A DNA stretch of 64,000 nucleotides from Patescibacteria group bacterium. GTDB taxonomy: Bacteria; Patescibacteriota; Saccharimonadia; CAILAD01; JADZBC01. Shown in pieces: positions 17,924 to 29,052 of the stretch; within the stretch, counting starts at the first letter, position 1; each line of letters starts with the position of its first letter. Made by a program: the position numbers and the translations under genes. The notes under the pieces are model-generated. The model searched no databases. It was given only the letters and a program-made list of their open reading frames with translations, and was not told the origin of the DNA. The stretch covers positions 14,457 through 78,456 of the forward strand of contig JBPOIL010000010.1 in assembly GCA_052034495.1 (NCBI GenBank). Reading direction: 5' to 3'.

Positions 17924-18799
17924 CTACTTTAGTATCTGGCACCTGGGGCAAATATGCGTGCCGCGGCCAGCTACGCGAATCTTCTCTATTACACTGCCGC
18001 ACACGGGGCACTGCTGGCCCTCACGGCGGAACACCTGTGCGAACTTTAGGTAGCTCCCCTTATTTCCATCCGCATCCACATAGTTCTTGTCACTTGAGCC
18101 GCCGTGGTCAATCGAAAGCTGCAGAAAGTACTTGATAGCCTCGTGCAGCTTAGCGATCTTAGCCGGGGACACGTCCCCTACTTTTGTAGCCGGATGAATC
18201 TTAGCCATATGCAAGGACTCGTCAGCGTAAATGTTCCCCACGCCCGCCACGGTCGACTGATCAAGGATTGCGGCTTTGATTGTAGTCCTGGTTCGCCGCG
18301 CCAAGCGCTTACGGAACTCAGCCAACGTAAAGTCAGGCCCTAACGGCTCAGGACCCACACGTTTGAAGAAGTCAATTTCTGGCACCTCGACCGTCGGGTA
18401 GAGCTTAACCCAGCCAAACTTGCGCTGGTCGTTAAAGTACAGCTTGTCGCCATTCGTAAATTCGAGAGTAGCTCGAGTAGACCTGTCAGGCAGCTCACCT
18501 ATCAAGCTGTCGTTGGGGTGCCCAGCCCCCCAACGCTCACCATCTCCCGCTCTATATACCAACTGGCCTGTCATCTTTAGGTGAATGACCAGAGTGTACT
18601 CACTGTTCAGATCAATGAGTAAAACTTTTGCTCGCCGGCGCACACCGAGAATTTTTGAACCAATAAGATACATATTTACCTGTACGGGGTCGTTAGGGAA
18701 ACTTTTTGGCCAATCAAAATCAACCGACTCGATGGTTTTTCCTGGCAAGTATTTGTTAAGGCCTATTCGTACTGTCTCTACCTCTGGTAACTCCGGCAT
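17924..18799 (-). CDS. fpg: Formamidopyrimidine-DNA glycosylase (Fpg/Nei family)
   Basis: N-terminal MPELPEVE with catalytic Pro2, and a C-terminal zinc finger CPVCGSVIEKIRVAGRGTHICPRC. Confidence 0.85.
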   Translation of the reverse strand: MPELPEVETVRIGLNKYLPGKTIESVDFDWPKSFPNDPVQVNMYLIGSKILGVRRRAKVLLIDLNSEYTLVIHLKMTGQLVYRAGDGERWGAGHPNDSLIGELPDRSTRATLEFTNGDKLYFNDQRKFGWVKLYPTVEVPEIDFFKRVGPEPLGPDFTLAEFRKRLARRTRTTIKAAILDQSTVAGVGNIYADESLHMAKIHPATKVGDVSPAKIAKLHEAIKYFLQLSIDHGGSSDKNYVDADGNKGSYLKFAQVFRREGQQCPVCGSVIEKIRVAGRGTHICPRCQILK

Positions 18800-18866
18800 A
18801 ATCACTCCTTGGCCTCATTATACCTGGGTGGAGCGATGGGGCCAAAGAGCGAAACGTGGATATTAG

Positions 18867-19688
18867 CTAAGAAAGATCCCCATTAAACCTCCTGTCCTCA
18901 CCGTAGCCAACAAAAGTTCGCGTTCTATCCCCTGTTTCTGGGTCTGATACCCACTCATATTGCTTCGTGAGACGACTCGATATGAGATTACTACTTACTG
19001 AGACAATATAGTCGCGTAGCGACAACCCTGCTTGAGCAGCGGTTCTGTATGCCTTAAGAGGAACATCTTCGGGATACATAAGCACGCTCTTTGGATCAAC
19101 AAAAGCATCGCACAACACCCTCACAGCCTCTGCCCTGATTTGTCGGTCGTCCGCAACAGGACCAAGCCTTTCTCGTGCTAACTTCTCTAGGAAATGGGAG
19201 GGCAAGGCACTACCGATATCGATGCTAGCACGCCCGTCCAGCACCTCTTCCATATGCTTTTGAAGAAAGCCACCGCCCACCGCCATATTAACGTACATAA
19301 AACGAGAAACCCGACCATTGCCATCGGCAAAAGGATGAATCTGATTTATGCCCGCTGATACTAGTAAGGCTGCGTCCTGGATATCTGGAACCTTTTGCGC
19401 AGCAGCGTGTAGATGCTCGAGCAGCTCCAACTTATCAGCTTCATCTGGTGGCCGGTGTTCAATTATTGGTCCGTCTGGAGCATCAAGATCGCCAACAATA
19501 ACCCCCTTTCCATCTAGGCCATGGAGTGCTGGGTTTAAACCCCTTACTTTAGCATTAACCTTCACCAACAAACCCTTGAAGTCCTCAAAGGGGATGGCGT
19601 CAAATTTTTCCTTACGCTCAACTTCATCGCCATAAAGCGTCTTGGCGTCACGGCCGCTATCACGATTTTTCTCCAAAGTATTAGCCAC
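18867..19688 (-). CDS. Fic/DOC-family protein (AMPylation-type motif)
   Basis: Canonical Fic motif HPFADGNGRVSR. Its start overlaps the stop of the upstream HAD gene. Confidence 0.8.
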   Translation of the reverse strand: MANTLEKNRDSGRDAKTLYGDEVERKEKFDAIPFEDFKGLLVKVNAKVRGLNPALHGLDGKGVIVGDLDAPDGPIIEHRPPDEADKLELLEHLHAAAQKVPDIQDAALLVSAGINQIHPFADGNGRVSRFMYVNMAVGGGFLQKHMEEVLDGRASIDIGSALPSHFLEKLARERLGPVADDRQIRAEAVRVLCDAFVDPKSVLMYPEDVPLKAYRTAAQAGLSLRDYIVSVSSNLISSRLTKQYEWVSDPETGDRTRTFVGYGEDRRFNGDLS

Positions 19689-20265
19689 CTAGAACCTCCT
19701 CCTCTAAATGCCTTTTAAGGGCCTGGAGGCCGCTATCATAACAGTAGCCCTGCATGCCGGCAGCAACTGCGCCGTCAACGTTACGCTGGCGGTCATCTAC
19801 AAATAGTATTTCTTCTGCTGGAATATCGACTTTGGCCAAAATCTGTTCGTAGAAGCCGGCCTGGGGCTTAACCACACCCATATTTGACGACACAAACACG
19901 TGTTTGAAGATGGTATTAAAGCCTTCCTTTTGCAACAATTCATCGAGCAAGCTCGCGCTTGCGTTACTAGCAATGTAGATCTCGTAGCGCGGTGCGAGTT
20001 CGTTTTTGATATAGCTAAATAGCATTGGCTCGATTGGGCTTACGCCGTGCTCTCGTGCCCGCAGCACGTCCGCGTCTACCCCCGAAACCTCTCCCACCGC
20101 CCTGTAGTAGGCCTCGTCATCTGCGATCTCGCCTAGATCCCGCTTGCGAAAAAGGTCATGAAGCTTAGCCTTAACATCTTCCGGAAGCGCGGACTGATTC
20201 ACCCAATTATGGCCATAGTCGTCCAGCAAGACTCCAAAGCAATCGAAGGCAATCGCGCGAATCAT
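19681..20265 (-). CDS. HAD-superfamily hydrolase
   Basis: Motif I AFDCFGVLLDD and a HAD fold. Overlaps the polA stop by 4 nt and the Fic start by 8 nt. Confidence 0.75.
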   Translation of the reverse strand: MIRAIAFDCFGVLLDDYGHNWVNQSALPEDVKAKLHDLFRKRDLGEIADDEAYYRAVGEVSGVDADVLRAREHGVSPIEPMLFSYIKNELAPRYEIYIASNASASLLDELLQKEGFNTIFKHVFVSSNMGVVKPQAGFYEQILAKVDIPAEEILFVDDRQRNVDGAVAAGMQGYCYDSGLQALKRHLEEEVLGG

Positions 20266-23021
20266 AGTTCCTCCAGGTTCCCCCAGCTGGTGCCGCTTGA
20301 AATATTTACTTCGATCGGCACCCCGAAGGCATGCACGCCAAGCATATCGCGCCGTAATACCTGGGCCACCTCTTCAACTTGGTCCCCACCACACTCAACG
20401 ATGAGTTCGTCATGAATCTGCAGTAGCATCTGTGCGCCTTCTGGCAGCTCCTGGTGTATCTTAACCATAGCCAGCTTCATCATGTCGGCTGCCGTACCCT
20501 GCAAAGGCATATTAACCGCTGCCCGCTCTGCCGCTGAACGCACTATGTAGTTGTTAGACTTTACGTCCGGGCACGGACGGCGTCGGCCAAAGATCGTTTC
20601 GGTGTAGCCATTCTGATGCGCTTCTTTCTTAATCCTATCTATGTAATCCGCTACGCCTTTGCGAAGTTCGAAGTATCTATCTATGAAGGCTCGGGATTCA
20701 GCGTAATCCATACCTGTAGCCTGACTGAGCCCATGTGGATTCATGCCGTAAAGTACACCAAAGTTAATGGTCTTAGCCCCAGATCGCTGCTGCTTCGTAA
20801 CTTCGCTTGGATCCACTCCGAACATCTCGGCAGCTGTGAGTAAATGAATATCGACCCCACTTCTGAACGCCTCGATCATCGGCTCGTCCTGGGCCAGCTC
20901 AGCTGCCAGCCTCAGTTCGATCTGGCTGTAATCGGCCGAAACCAAAACTTTACCCTTGGCGGCCACAAAGGCCTTACGGATCTCCCTGCCCAATTCGGTT
21001 CGTACAGGTATATTCTGTAGGTTCGGATTTGTGGAGCTTAAGCGCCCAGTCTGAGCAATTGTTTGATTGTAGCTCGTATGCACCCGACCAGTAGACGCGT
21101 TTACAAGTAATGGCAGCGCGTCTACATAAGTGCTCTTAAGTTTGGCGGACTCGCGGTATTCGAATAGCAAATCGATAATTGGATGCACGCCCCGTAGCTT
21201 CTCGAGCTCCTTGGCAGCGGTCGACACTCCAGTCTTTATCTTTTTGAGCTCAGCCGATTCAATCTTAAGCTTATCGAACAAGATCACCTTGAGCTGCTGT
21301 GTGGACGCGATGTTAAACTTCTCACCTGCTAAGTCCCAAATCTGCTCTTCAATCTTTGTCAGACGGGAGTTTATATCCTTAGCAAACTCCGCCAAAAAGT
21401 CTACGTCCAGCTCTACCCCAGCGCACTCCATGTCCCCCAAGACCGGTATAAGCGGCCACTCCATACGCTGAGCCACTTCGTTCACGCTTCCGTAGGATTC
21501 GAGCTGTGGCGCAAGCAGTTCGTATAGTCGCCATGTGATGTCTGCATCCTCTGCGGCGTACATAACCGCCTCGTCCACCGGAGCCTCTGCGAAAGTCTTC
21601 TGATTCTTGCCCTTGGGTCCAATCAGCTCTGTAATGTCGATCATCTCGATACCCAGTTCATTGAAGGCCAGTGCTCCAAGCGTTTGGGCTCGACCAATTG
21701 GATTGAGCAAAAATGCAGCAACCATAGTGTCAAAACCTACTGGAGATAGATTCACACCTGCTCTCTTCATGACTTGGTAGTCAAACTTAATGTTATGACC
21801 CACTTTACCAATCTTCGGATCTTCCAAGGCTGGTTTTAAAGTATCCAGAACTACCTTCAGCTCTAGCTGTTCTCCCTCAGCGTGACCAACCGGCACATAA
21901 TAAGCTTCGCCAGTCTTCCAGCTAAAGCTCATGCCTACCAAGTTGGCATTAATTACGTCTAGACTGTCCGTTTCGGTATCGAATGCAAACTTCTTTTGCT
22001 TAGAAAGCTTGGCTGCTAAATCCTTTAGCTTTTCGGCTGAATTAACACATGCATACGTGGACGTTTTTAGGTGGTCACGATTCGGCTCTGGGCGGTTATT
22101 AGCCTCATTTTCTTCCTTGAACAGGCTGTTTTGATCACTTATTGTGTTCACGGTGTTATGGCCAGGCAGCTTAGCAAGCAAACTACGAAATTCTAAGCGA
22201 TGGAACAGTTCGTGAACATGCTTTTTGTCGTAATCGTGTATATGCGCCTTTTTGAGATCAAAGTCTAGCTCTACCTCGCGACTAATGCGAGACAGCTCCA
22301 GACTCAAGTCCGCCAGCTTACGGTTTTCTTCGAGCTTCCTACGCACAGCCGGCTTTAATTCATCGAGATGGTCATAGATACCATCTAGGGTTTTGTATTT
22401 GGAAACAAGGTCGGTAGCCGTCTTATCTCCCACCCCCGGTACACCGGGAATGTTATCACTCGCATCGCCCTTGAGAGCCTTATAAACCACGAATTCCTCT
22501 GGTGTGACTCCATACTTGGCTTCTACCGCAGCGCGGTCATACAGCACCGTGTCGCTGAAGCCACGACGCATGGTGTAGACCTTTACGTGGTCATCTACTA
22601 GCTGAAGTTCGTCCATATCCCCCGTGACAATGACCACCTCGAGCTCCTTGCCGTAGCGATGTGCCAAAGTTCCAATCACATCATCTGCCTCATAGCCGTC
22701 GCGCTCCATGAGCGGCATGTTGAAGGCCTCAACCACTTCGCGCGTTAAGGGCATTTGCGCTATCAGCTCATCGTCCGTCTTTTTACGCGTGCCCTTATAG
22801 TCGGCGTACATATCGTGACGGAACGTTTTGCCCGGTAGGTCCCAAGCTACCGCCACATAATCTGGCTTCAGGTCGGTTAATGCCTTGAGCATAATGGTCA
22901 CAAAGCCATACACGGCATTCGTAGGCGTGCCATCCTTGGTCGATAAATACGGGATAGCGTGGTAGCCGCGGTGCAACAATGCGTGACCGTCGAACAGTAC
23001 TAACTTTTTACGTTGGCTCAT
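20262..23021 (-). CDS. polA: DNA polymerase I
   Basis: 5'-3' exonuclease N-terminus (MSQRKKLVLFDGHALLHRGYHAIP), a 3'-5' exonuclease domain, and the polymerase domain (...RRRPCPDVKSNNY..., HDELIVE). The likely start is the ATG at 23021, not the table start at 23165. Confidence 0.95.
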   Translation of the reverse strand: MSQRKKLVLFDGHALLHRGYHAIPYLSTKDGTPTNAVYGFVTIMLKALTDLKPDYVAVAWDLPGKTFRHDMYADYKGTRKKTDDELIAQMPLTREVVEAFNMPLMERDGYEADDVIGTLAHRYGKELEVVIVTGDMDELQLVDDHVKVYTMRRGFSDTVLYDRAAVEAKYGVTPEEFVVYKALKGDASDNIPGVPGVGDKTATDLVSKYKTLDGIYDHLDELKPAVRRKLEENRKLADLSLELSRISREVELDFDLKKAHIHDYDKKHVHELFHRLEFRSLLAKLPGHNTVNTISDQNSLFKEENEANNRPEPNRDHLKTSTYACVNSAEKLKDLAAKLSKQKKFAFDTETDSLDVINANLVGMSFSWKTGEAYYVPVGHAEGEQLELKVVLDTLKPALEDPKIGKVGHNIKFDYQVMKRAGVNLSPVGFDTMVAAFLLNPIGRAQTLGALAFNELGIEMIDITELIGPKGKNQKTFAEAPVDEAVMYAAEDADITWRLYELLAPQLESYGSVNEVAQRMEWPLIPVLGDMECAGVELDVDFLAEFAKDINSRLTKIEEQIWDLAGEKFNIASTQQLKVILFDKLKIESAELKKIKTGVSTAAKELEKLRGVHPIIDLLFEYRESAKLKSTYVDALPLLVNASTGRVHTSYNQTIAQTGRLSSTNPNLQNIPVRTELGREIRKAFVAAKGKVLVSADYSQIELRLAAELAQDEPMIEAFRSGVDIHLLTAAEMFGVDPSEVTKQQRSGAKTINFGVLYGMNPHGLSQATGMDYAESRAFIDRYFELRKGVADYIDRIKKEAHQNGYTETIFGRRRPCPDVKSNNYIVRSAAERAAVNMPLQGTAADMMKLAMVKIHQELPEGAQMLLQIHDELIVECGGDQVEEVAQVLRRDMLGVHAFGVPIEVNISSGTSWGNLEEL

Positions 23022-23066
23022 AGGAGTATTATAGCTTATCGAGACGCCGTGTGCTTTAATGTTTGT

Positions 23067-23432
23067 ATGAGCATACGAGAACCAATTGGGGGCCATCCCC
23101 ACCTCAACGAGGAAGCTCTCCGGAGAGCAGCGGATAAGCAAGCTGCAATTGAGCGGCACCTTCACCCGGTACCGGATCTTGATCCTGACTATGGCCTAGA
23201 TGATAGCGACGACAGTAGCGAACCCCCAGCAACTTCCCCGCAAACCGAGATTCCTGTAGACCAGACAGTGGGTCGAGAGCGAGCAGCTCAAGCACGAGCG
23301 GCACTCGAGGAAGCAAAAAGACGAGCAGCGACACAAGACGAGCTGCCTACGCGGCCTCGTACTCCGAACGCTGATGACTTTGATGAACACGGTGATTTAA
23401 AGCCAGGATGGAACAAAGAAAGAACCCAATAG
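23067..23432 (+). CDS. Hypothetical acidic protein
   Basis: ORF of about 120 aa with no recognizable domain. Followed directly by a strong intrinsic terminator (23415-23450). Confidence 0.3.
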   Translation: MSIREPIGGHPHLNEEALRRAADKQAAIERHLHPVPDLDPDYGLDDSDDSSEPPATSPQTEIPVDQTVGRERAAQARAALEEAKRRAATQDELPTRPRTPNADDFDEHGDLKPGWNKERTQ

Positions 23433-23450
23433 CGGGTTCTTTCTTTGTTT
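23415..23450. terminator. Bidirectional intrinsic terminator (rpoD minus / small ORF plus)
   Basis: aaagaaagaaccc-aata-gcgggttctttctttgttt. Confidence 0.75.
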
Positions 23451-23465
23451 AGAAATGTCTTATAT

Positions 23466-24587
23466 TTACCCTAGATAGTCACGAAGCTTTTTAGCATCTT
23501 TGTGCTTGCGCAGCTTAGCCAAAGCCTTCGCTTCGATCTGGCGAATGCGCTCACGAGTTACGCCAAACTCCTGACCAACTTCCTCGAGAGTGTGGCCACG
23601 ACCTGTTTCCAAGCCAAAGCGCATGCGCAGAATCTTCTGCTCACGTGGCGTCAGCAGTGCCAGTGTTTCGTCTATGTGTTCCTTAAGTAGCTCGTAGGTA
23701 GCGGCTTCTTCAGGGCTCACACTGTCTTCGTCCTGGATGAAGTCTCCTAAGCTTGAGTCTTCGTCCTCACCCACTGTGGCGTCAAGGCTCGTAGTATCCT
23801 GAGAGATTTTGATAATGTGATTTACTTTGTCTACATCAATCTCGAGCTCTTTAGCCAGTTCCTCTGGAAGTGGCTCACGGCCGAGTTCCATAGTTAAGCG
23901 GCGCTGTGTGCGAACCAACTTGTTGATAGTCTCGACCATGTGAACCGGGATACGAATCACACGAGCTTGGTCGGCAATCGCGCGGGTAATAGCCTGGCGA
24001 ATCCACCAAGTGGCGTAGGTACTAAACTTGAAGCCTTTGGTGTAATCAAACTTCTCTACAGCACGTAAAAGCCCGGTGTTACCTTCTTGAATCAAATCTA
24101 GAAGGTCTAGGCCACGACCAATGTATTTTTTGGCAATGCTTACAACCAAGCGCATGTTCGCCTCTGCTAGGGCATCCTTTGCGGCCTTATCGCCTTTTTC
24201 GATGCGCTTAGCGAGCATAACTTCGTCTGCACCGGTAATTAGTGGGATTTTACCAATCTCACGTAGATAGAGTCGTACGGAGTCGTCAGCAATATCTTTT
24301 AACGTAGCGTCATTTACTGCGTTCTCGATATCTTCTTCTGGTTCAGTTTCCCAGATCAACTTATCTTTTTGATCAGTGACCTCGATACCCTGATCCATGA
24401 GGGTAGAATATAAATCATCGAGCGCTTCGATGTTTTCTTCGGCGTCTGGGACAGCTCCCATAACTTCTTGCTGGGTAATAAAACCCTGTTCACGGCCTTT
24501 GGCTAAAAGCCGTTCGATTTCTGGTGTCTGCTCTTGCTTATCGTCCTTCGGACCAGCAGCAGCCACAGGCAAATTCTTTTTTGCCAT
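23466..24587 (-). CDS. rpoD: RNA polymerase sigma factor RpoD/SigA (sigma-70)
   Basis: Region 2 [30 protein letters not shown] and region 4.2 [25 protein letters not shown]. Confidence 0.9.
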   Translation of the reverse strand: MAKKNLPVAAAGPKDDKQEQTPEIERLLAKGREQGFITQQEVMGAVPDAEENIEALDDLYSTLMDQGIEVTDQKDKLIWETEPEEDIENAVNDATLKDIADDSVRLYLREIGKIPLITGADEVMLAKRIEKGDKAAKDALAEANMRLVVSIAKKYIGRGLDLLDLIQEGNTGLLRAVEKFDYTKGFKFSTYATWWIRQAITRAIADQARVIRIPVHMVETINKLVRTQRRLTMELGREPLPEELAKELEIDVDKVNHIIKISQDTTSLDATVGEDEDSSLGDFIQDEDSVSPEEAATYELLKEHIDETLALLTPREQKILRMRFGLETGRGHTLEEVGQEFGVTRERIRQIEAKALAKLRKHKDAKKLRDYLG

Positions 24588-24595
24588 ATATTGTA

Positions 24596-26341
24596 TTACT
24601 CCTCGTTTAGTAGTGCCTGATAGTCGGCCAAGATGCGCTTAGCGCCTTCTCGGTCCCCAGCGGCTTCAGCTTCAGCTATTTGCTTTGCTAACCGTCGCTT
24701 ATTCAATTCTCGATTTAGTTTTTGCAATCTATGCACTTGGGTGTAGGCTTCGAGCCCAATATCGTGCTCCGTTAGTTCGGAGTATTCTTCTTCACCCTTT
24801 AACGCAAGAATTTTAACATCATTTTCGTGCTGTGGCAAGAGTTTTGCTAGGGTTTCCAGCTTTGCCTTTGGTTGCTTTTGGATAACTTCGAAGTATGGTC
24901 TAAACTGCTCCGTGACTTCGCTCAACTCTATATCATGCACGGCCACCCTGGCTTCAGGGTGTGCCAACATGAGTTTTAGCAGATTCTGCTCCCCTCGTTC
25001 TTGTTTGCTGAGCTGTGGGCCCTCAGATTGAGGCTGTGGGGCGGGGGCAACCTGCTGTGGGGCGGGGGCAACATCCTCGTCCTGATCCAACTTACGGCGC
25101 ACTGAATCTTCGCTCACGCCAAGCTCCTCGCTCAACCTCTTTACATAATGATCCTGCTCCACTGTGTCTTCAAGCTTGCGCAGCGTTGCGCTCAAAAAAC
25201 TACTCATCTGCTTCTTGGCGCTCGCGCTTGAAACGCCGATTGTCTCTTTGGCATAATCAAAAAGGTAGTCAACCGCGTAACGAGCATCTGCTACGGCCTT
25301 TTCCCAAAGCTTCTTGTCCTTGCGCATAAGCTCATCTGGGTCCTTCGCATTGTCAAAGGTGATAACCTCCAGCTTAATATCGATCCCCTGGGCTAATTCG
25401 ATCGCCCGCTGGGCGGCCTTAACCCCCGCTACGTCTTGGTCAAAACAAATCTTAATATTCTTTGTCAGCCTAGAAAGCACCTTAAGTTGTTCGCATGTTA
25501 AAGCCGTACCGCTACAAGCCACCACCTGCTCAAAACCACCGTCGTAGAGCGCTACCACATCCATATTGCCCTCTACAATTACAACTTCGTCATGCTTGCG
25601 AATGGCTTCTTTGGCCTGCAGGAGCCCGTAAATAGCAGTACTCTTATTATAAATTGCGGTCTGCGGGGTATTAATGTACTTAGCACCGCCTTCATCTCCC
25701 GGCAAAACTCGACCGCTAAAACCGACGGGCCTTCCCTGACTGTCAAAGATCGGAAAAACGATGCGAGCACGGAACATATCATACGCGCTACTGTTGCCTT
25801 GCTTTTGCGCCGCTACGCCAGCCTGTACCATTTGCTCGTAGCTATAGCCCTTCTTTTTGAGCATCCCAGCTAGGGCGTCCCAGCTCTGCGGAGCGTAACC
25901 CAGTTGAAACGCCTTAATTGCTTTAGGGCTCAGGCCGCGTTCCGTACGGAGGTAATCAAGCGCCTGTGGGTTGCGAGATAGAGATAAATGATAGTACCGC
26001 ACGGCGAGCTCAGCAATATCGTAGAGTGGTGCTTTGGCAGGGCCACGCTCGCCCTTACCACGCGGCTTTAGCGTAACTCCGGCACGCTTGGCTAGAATCT
26101 CTAGCGCCTCTGGAAAGCTTACTCCCTCCATACGCATTACAAAGGTGAATATGTCCCCACCCTCGTCAGTTGAAAAGTCGTGCCATATCCCCTTGTCAGG
26201 GCTGACCATGAAGCTCGGGGTCTTTTCGGCGTGGAATGGTGAAAGCGCCTTCAAGTTACGGCCGGCTGGCTTGAGCTGAATATACCCACCGATTACGTCG
26301 GCGATATCCAGCTTTTGTTTGATTTCTGCGACCTCATCCAT
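24596..26341 (-). CDS. dnaG: DNA primase DnaG
   Basis: Zinc-binding N-terminus ([11 protein letters not shown]) and a TOPRIM domain ([10 protein letters not shown]). Sits in the conserved dnaG-rpoD operon. Confidence 0.9.
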   Translation of the reverse strand: MDEVAEIKQKLDIADVIGGYIQLKPAGRNLKALSPFHAEKTPSFMVSPDKGIWHDFSTDEGGDIFTFVMRMEGVSFPEALEILAKRAGVTLKPRGKGERGPAKAPLYDIAELAVRYYHLSLSRNPQALDYLRTERGLSPKAIKAFQLGYAPQSWDALAGMLKKKGYSYEQMVQAGVAAQKQGNSSAYDMFRARIVFPIFDSQGRPVGFSGRVLPGDEGGAKYINTPQTAIYNKSTAIYGLLQAKEAIRKHDEVVIVEGNMDVVALYDGGFEQVVACSGTALTCEQLKVLSRLTKNIKICFDQDVAGVKAAQRAIELAQGIDIKLEVITFDNAKDPDELMRKDKKLWEKAVADARYAVDYLFDYAKETIGVSSASAKKQMSSFLSATLRKLEDTVEQDHYVKRLSEELGVSEDSVRRKLDQDEDVAPAPQQVAPAPQPQSEGPQLSKQERGEQNLLKLMLAHPEARVAVHDIELSEVTEQFRPYFEVIQKQPKAKLETLAKLLPQHENDVKILALKGEEEYSELTEHDIGLEAYTQVHRLQKLNRELNKRRLAKQIAEAEAAGDREGAKRILADYQALLNEE

Positions 26342-26447
26342 GAAGTTATTATACGCCAGACCTTAGAATAAGAACAAAGTATGAATAAATGGCTGAGGGC
26401 CAGGACAAAGCTTCGTTGCTCCGTCCTGGCCCGATGGTTCGATTTTG

Positions 26448-26813
26448 TCAGAGGATGATCGCAGCTCCTCGCTGGCCACGATATGCCGCGTTATCCCTGT
26501 GTGTCTGGCGACGAACCGCACGATTGCGACGACGCCGTCGCTGCTTGCGAGCCTCCAGCTTCCCTGCGTACGCCACAGTAGTGGCGATTTGGCTGTCCGT
26601 GAGACTAGCCACGAGCTGATCTACAGAGCGTGTTGAGCCACCCTCGATCAGCTTGCGAACCTGCACGAACAAGAGCTGAACTGCAGCTCTGACCACTGGT
26701 TGCTTGCGGCATCCAGTCACTTCGCAGACTCTCCTCCTAAGAGCCTGTCGCAACACCTTGTCAGGACTGGACTTGGTGGTTTTGGTCAAGGTTTCCCCTT
26801 GATGTTCTGTCAC
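26448..26813 (-). CDS. Hypothetical basic protein (Arg-rich C-terminus)
   Basis: 121-aa ORF of moderately high GC ending RKQRRRRRNRAVRRQ. No recognizable domain. Confidence 0.3.
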   Translation of the reverse strand: MTEHQGETLTKTTKSSPDKVLRQALRRRVCEVTGCRKQPVVRAAVQLLFVQVRKLIEGGSTRSVDQLVASLTDSQIATTVAYAGKLEARKQRRRRRNRAVRRQTHRDNAAYRGQRGAAIIL

Positions 26814-26864
26814 TCCGCCGCTCGGAGTGAGGTAGCAGAATTCTACACCTTAGCTGAGCTTAAA

Positions 26865-27431
26865 TCAAGAGAGGATAATATCACGTACGCTCGGAAGCTC
26901 TTCGCAGCCATGCAGGCCAGCAAAATGTCCTTTGCCAGGATCAAGAATATTTGTAGCGCCGAGCTCTCTGCCAAGCTGCTCTGACCATTCTGGGGGTAAG
27001 ACTTCGTCGTTATCTGAATAGATAGAATAAATACGTTCTGCCCTTTGCCGAATCTTGGCAAAATCAACCTCTGGTAGAACCCTTTTGCCTTCGGATTGAC
27101 GCTCGTGACCAGCAAAGCCCGCTACTAGGATCAATTTCCCCAGCCTGCCACCACCCTCATATTTATCTAGATAACGCAGGAGTATGTAGACACCTAAGCT
27201 ATGGCCCACAAGGACCGTGTTTTCATCGAATTCACCGACTACCCTGGCAACTTCTTCCACCCATTCATCAATGTTCGGCCGCTTGGGATCCGGCATAGGT
27301 GGTGCTATCGCAACGATTCCCTGTGCATTCAGCCTTCGGACAAGCCAAGATATCCAGCCCCTGCTTGGATCGTCGGCCCAACCGTGCACAATAATTACAC
27401 GCCCCACATTCTTGTCGTCAACTTTATTCAT
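26865..27431 (-). CDS. Alpha/beta hydrolase, YdeN/RBBP9-like serine hydrolase
   Basis: VIIVHGWADDP and nucleophile elbow GHSLG. Length ~190 aa. Confidence 0.7.
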   Translation of the reverse strand: MNKVDDKNVGRVIIVHGWADDPSRGWISWLVRRLNAQGIVAIAPPMPDPKRPNIDEWVEEVARVVGEFDENTVLVGHSLGVYILLRYLDKYEGGGRLGKLILVAGFAGHERQSEGKRVLPEVDFAKIRQRAERIYSIYSDNDEVLPPEWSEQLGRELGATNILDPGKGHFAGLHGCEELPSVRDIILS

Positions 27432-27460
27432 CGAATAACTATTTTATTCGATTTCGAATA

Positions 27461-28993
27461 TTATTTCCAGGACCAAGTACTTTCTAAGGTAGAAACAGCT
27501 GCTTTTGTGAACTCATCACTGCTCGTCATGTTGATTTCAAAAGACGTAATCTTCTCGCCATCAAGCTTGTATTTGCTGTCTTTGAGCACTACCACAATCA
27601 TTGTCTTGTTTTGCGGTACTTCGGTAGTGCCAGCGTTAAACACAACCTCCGTTGCATCAAAGCCACCTAGCGTAATTTGTCGCTCGGAAACAGTATTGGC
27701 TGCCGTTATCTTGTTGGCCTCTTTGGAGGCGACCACTGCCTTTTCTAGATCTTCGTACGCGGTAATAGAAGGCAGCACTGCGATAGTACTTACCCCCTGA
27801 GCACCGAAGGTGGCGTCTAACTTACACGACGTGTCGTCCGTAGGAACTGTATTGTCTGTGGGTAGTCCAAACTCATAACATTCCTTAACGATAGCCGTGT
27901 AGCCCTCTGGGACGGTAATCGTTGGCTCGGTAGATACGCTCTGGCTCTGCTCTTGGTCTCCTGAAAGCGAATCAGCTGGAACCTCGGTAGTTGGCTTACG
28001 GCCTAGAATGAGGGCCAACACAATAATTCCAAAGATCAGGACAGCGGCGCCGATACCGACTGCCATAAATATACCTTTACCGCCTTTTGCTTTACCGCTA
28101 GAGCTGCTCGCGGCGGCCATGAGCGCAGGGTCCGAGTATGGGTCGACTCCAGCTGCTGGATTAGCCGCAGGGTCATCTAGCATGGATTGTAATGTTGGGT
28201 CAGTCCCTGCCATAGCAGGATCAACTGGAGCGGCTACGCCTGGAGCCATACCTGCACCGGCCGCTGGGTCAACAAACTGCTGTCCAAACGCCGGTTCGGG
28301 TGCGGCTGGCGCAGGCTCGGGCATAGTGGGGGCAACAGGCATAGGTCCGGGTCCCATTGGGACCACCATAGGCGCTGGCTCCGGCATTGGGGCTGGTGCT
28401 GCCACTGGAGCAGCCGCTATTGGTTGTTCTGGCAGGAAGGGTGCTGGTGGCGCTGTCGCAGCGTCCATCTCGAGTGGGTTGGGCGGTAATGGCTCAGGAG
28501 CTGAGGGGTAAGAACTAGCTGGAGCGCCCACACCTACATCCTGCGAAGGGTCGTAGGCTTGAGTCGGCATTGGAGCAGGTGCTATTGGCGCTGGCTCCGG
28601 AGCAATTGGCTGGGGCGCAACCGAGACAGTATCTATTGGCGCGGCGACTGCGGGCATAACGGGCGCGACAGGTGCAGCGGCAACCGCAGGGTCAGTAAAG
28701 CCGGCCATAGGGTTTGGCTCTGGGTCTGCTATATGCGCCTCTACTGCGGCTGCAGCAGGATCTGCTGGCGCCACAACCGGCATTGGAGCTGCCACGGGGG
28801 CTGGAGCTACTGAGTCCACCATAGGCGCGCTATTGAGCTGAGCATTTACAGCATCCTGGAGCGGCGAACCAGTACTGGGTGCAGCAGCAGCACCTGGGGC
28901 GTAGGTAGGGGGAATTTGCGCGTTTAAATCAGCCCCAGGTTGCGAGGCTGCGCTCTGATCATTCAGTGGTGATTGTGGATCTTGTGGCGTCAT
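27461..28993 (-). CDS. Pro/Ala-rich membrane-anchored protein with a globular C-terminal extracellular domain
   Basis: ~280 aa of PA-rich low complexity, then one transmembrane helix (IFMAVGIGAAVLIFGIIVLALIL), then a ~180-aa domain. Confidence 0.6.
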   Translation of the reverse strand: MTPQDPQSPLNDQSAASQPGADLNAQIPPTYAPGAAAAPSTGSPLQDAVNAQLNSAPMVDSVAPAPVAAPMPVVAPADPAAAAVEAHIADPEPNPMAGFTDPAVAAAPVAPVMPAVAAPIDTVSVAPQPIAPEPAPIAPAPMPTQAYDPSQDVGVGAPASSYPSAPEPLPPNPLEMDAATAPPAPFLPEQPIAAAPVAAPAPMPEPAPMVVPMGPGPMPVAPTMPEPAPAAPEPAFGQQFVDPAAGAGMAPGVAAPVDPAMAGTDPTLQSMLDDPAANPAAGVDPYSDPALMAAASSSSGKAKGGKGIFMAVGIGAAVLIFGIIVLALILGRKPTTEVPADSLSGDQEQSQSVSTEPTITVPEGYTAIVKECYEFGLPTDNTVPTDDTSCKLDATFGAQGVSTIAVLPSITAYEDLEKAVVASKEANKITAANTVSERQITLGGFDATEVVFNAGTTEVPQNKTMIVVVLKDSKYKLDGEKITSFEINMTSSDEFTKAAVSTLESTWSWK

Positions 28994-29052
28994 ACAAATA
29001 CTATTTGCCTACAAGTATATCAACTTTACCCGATAAGCACAAAATACTTATG

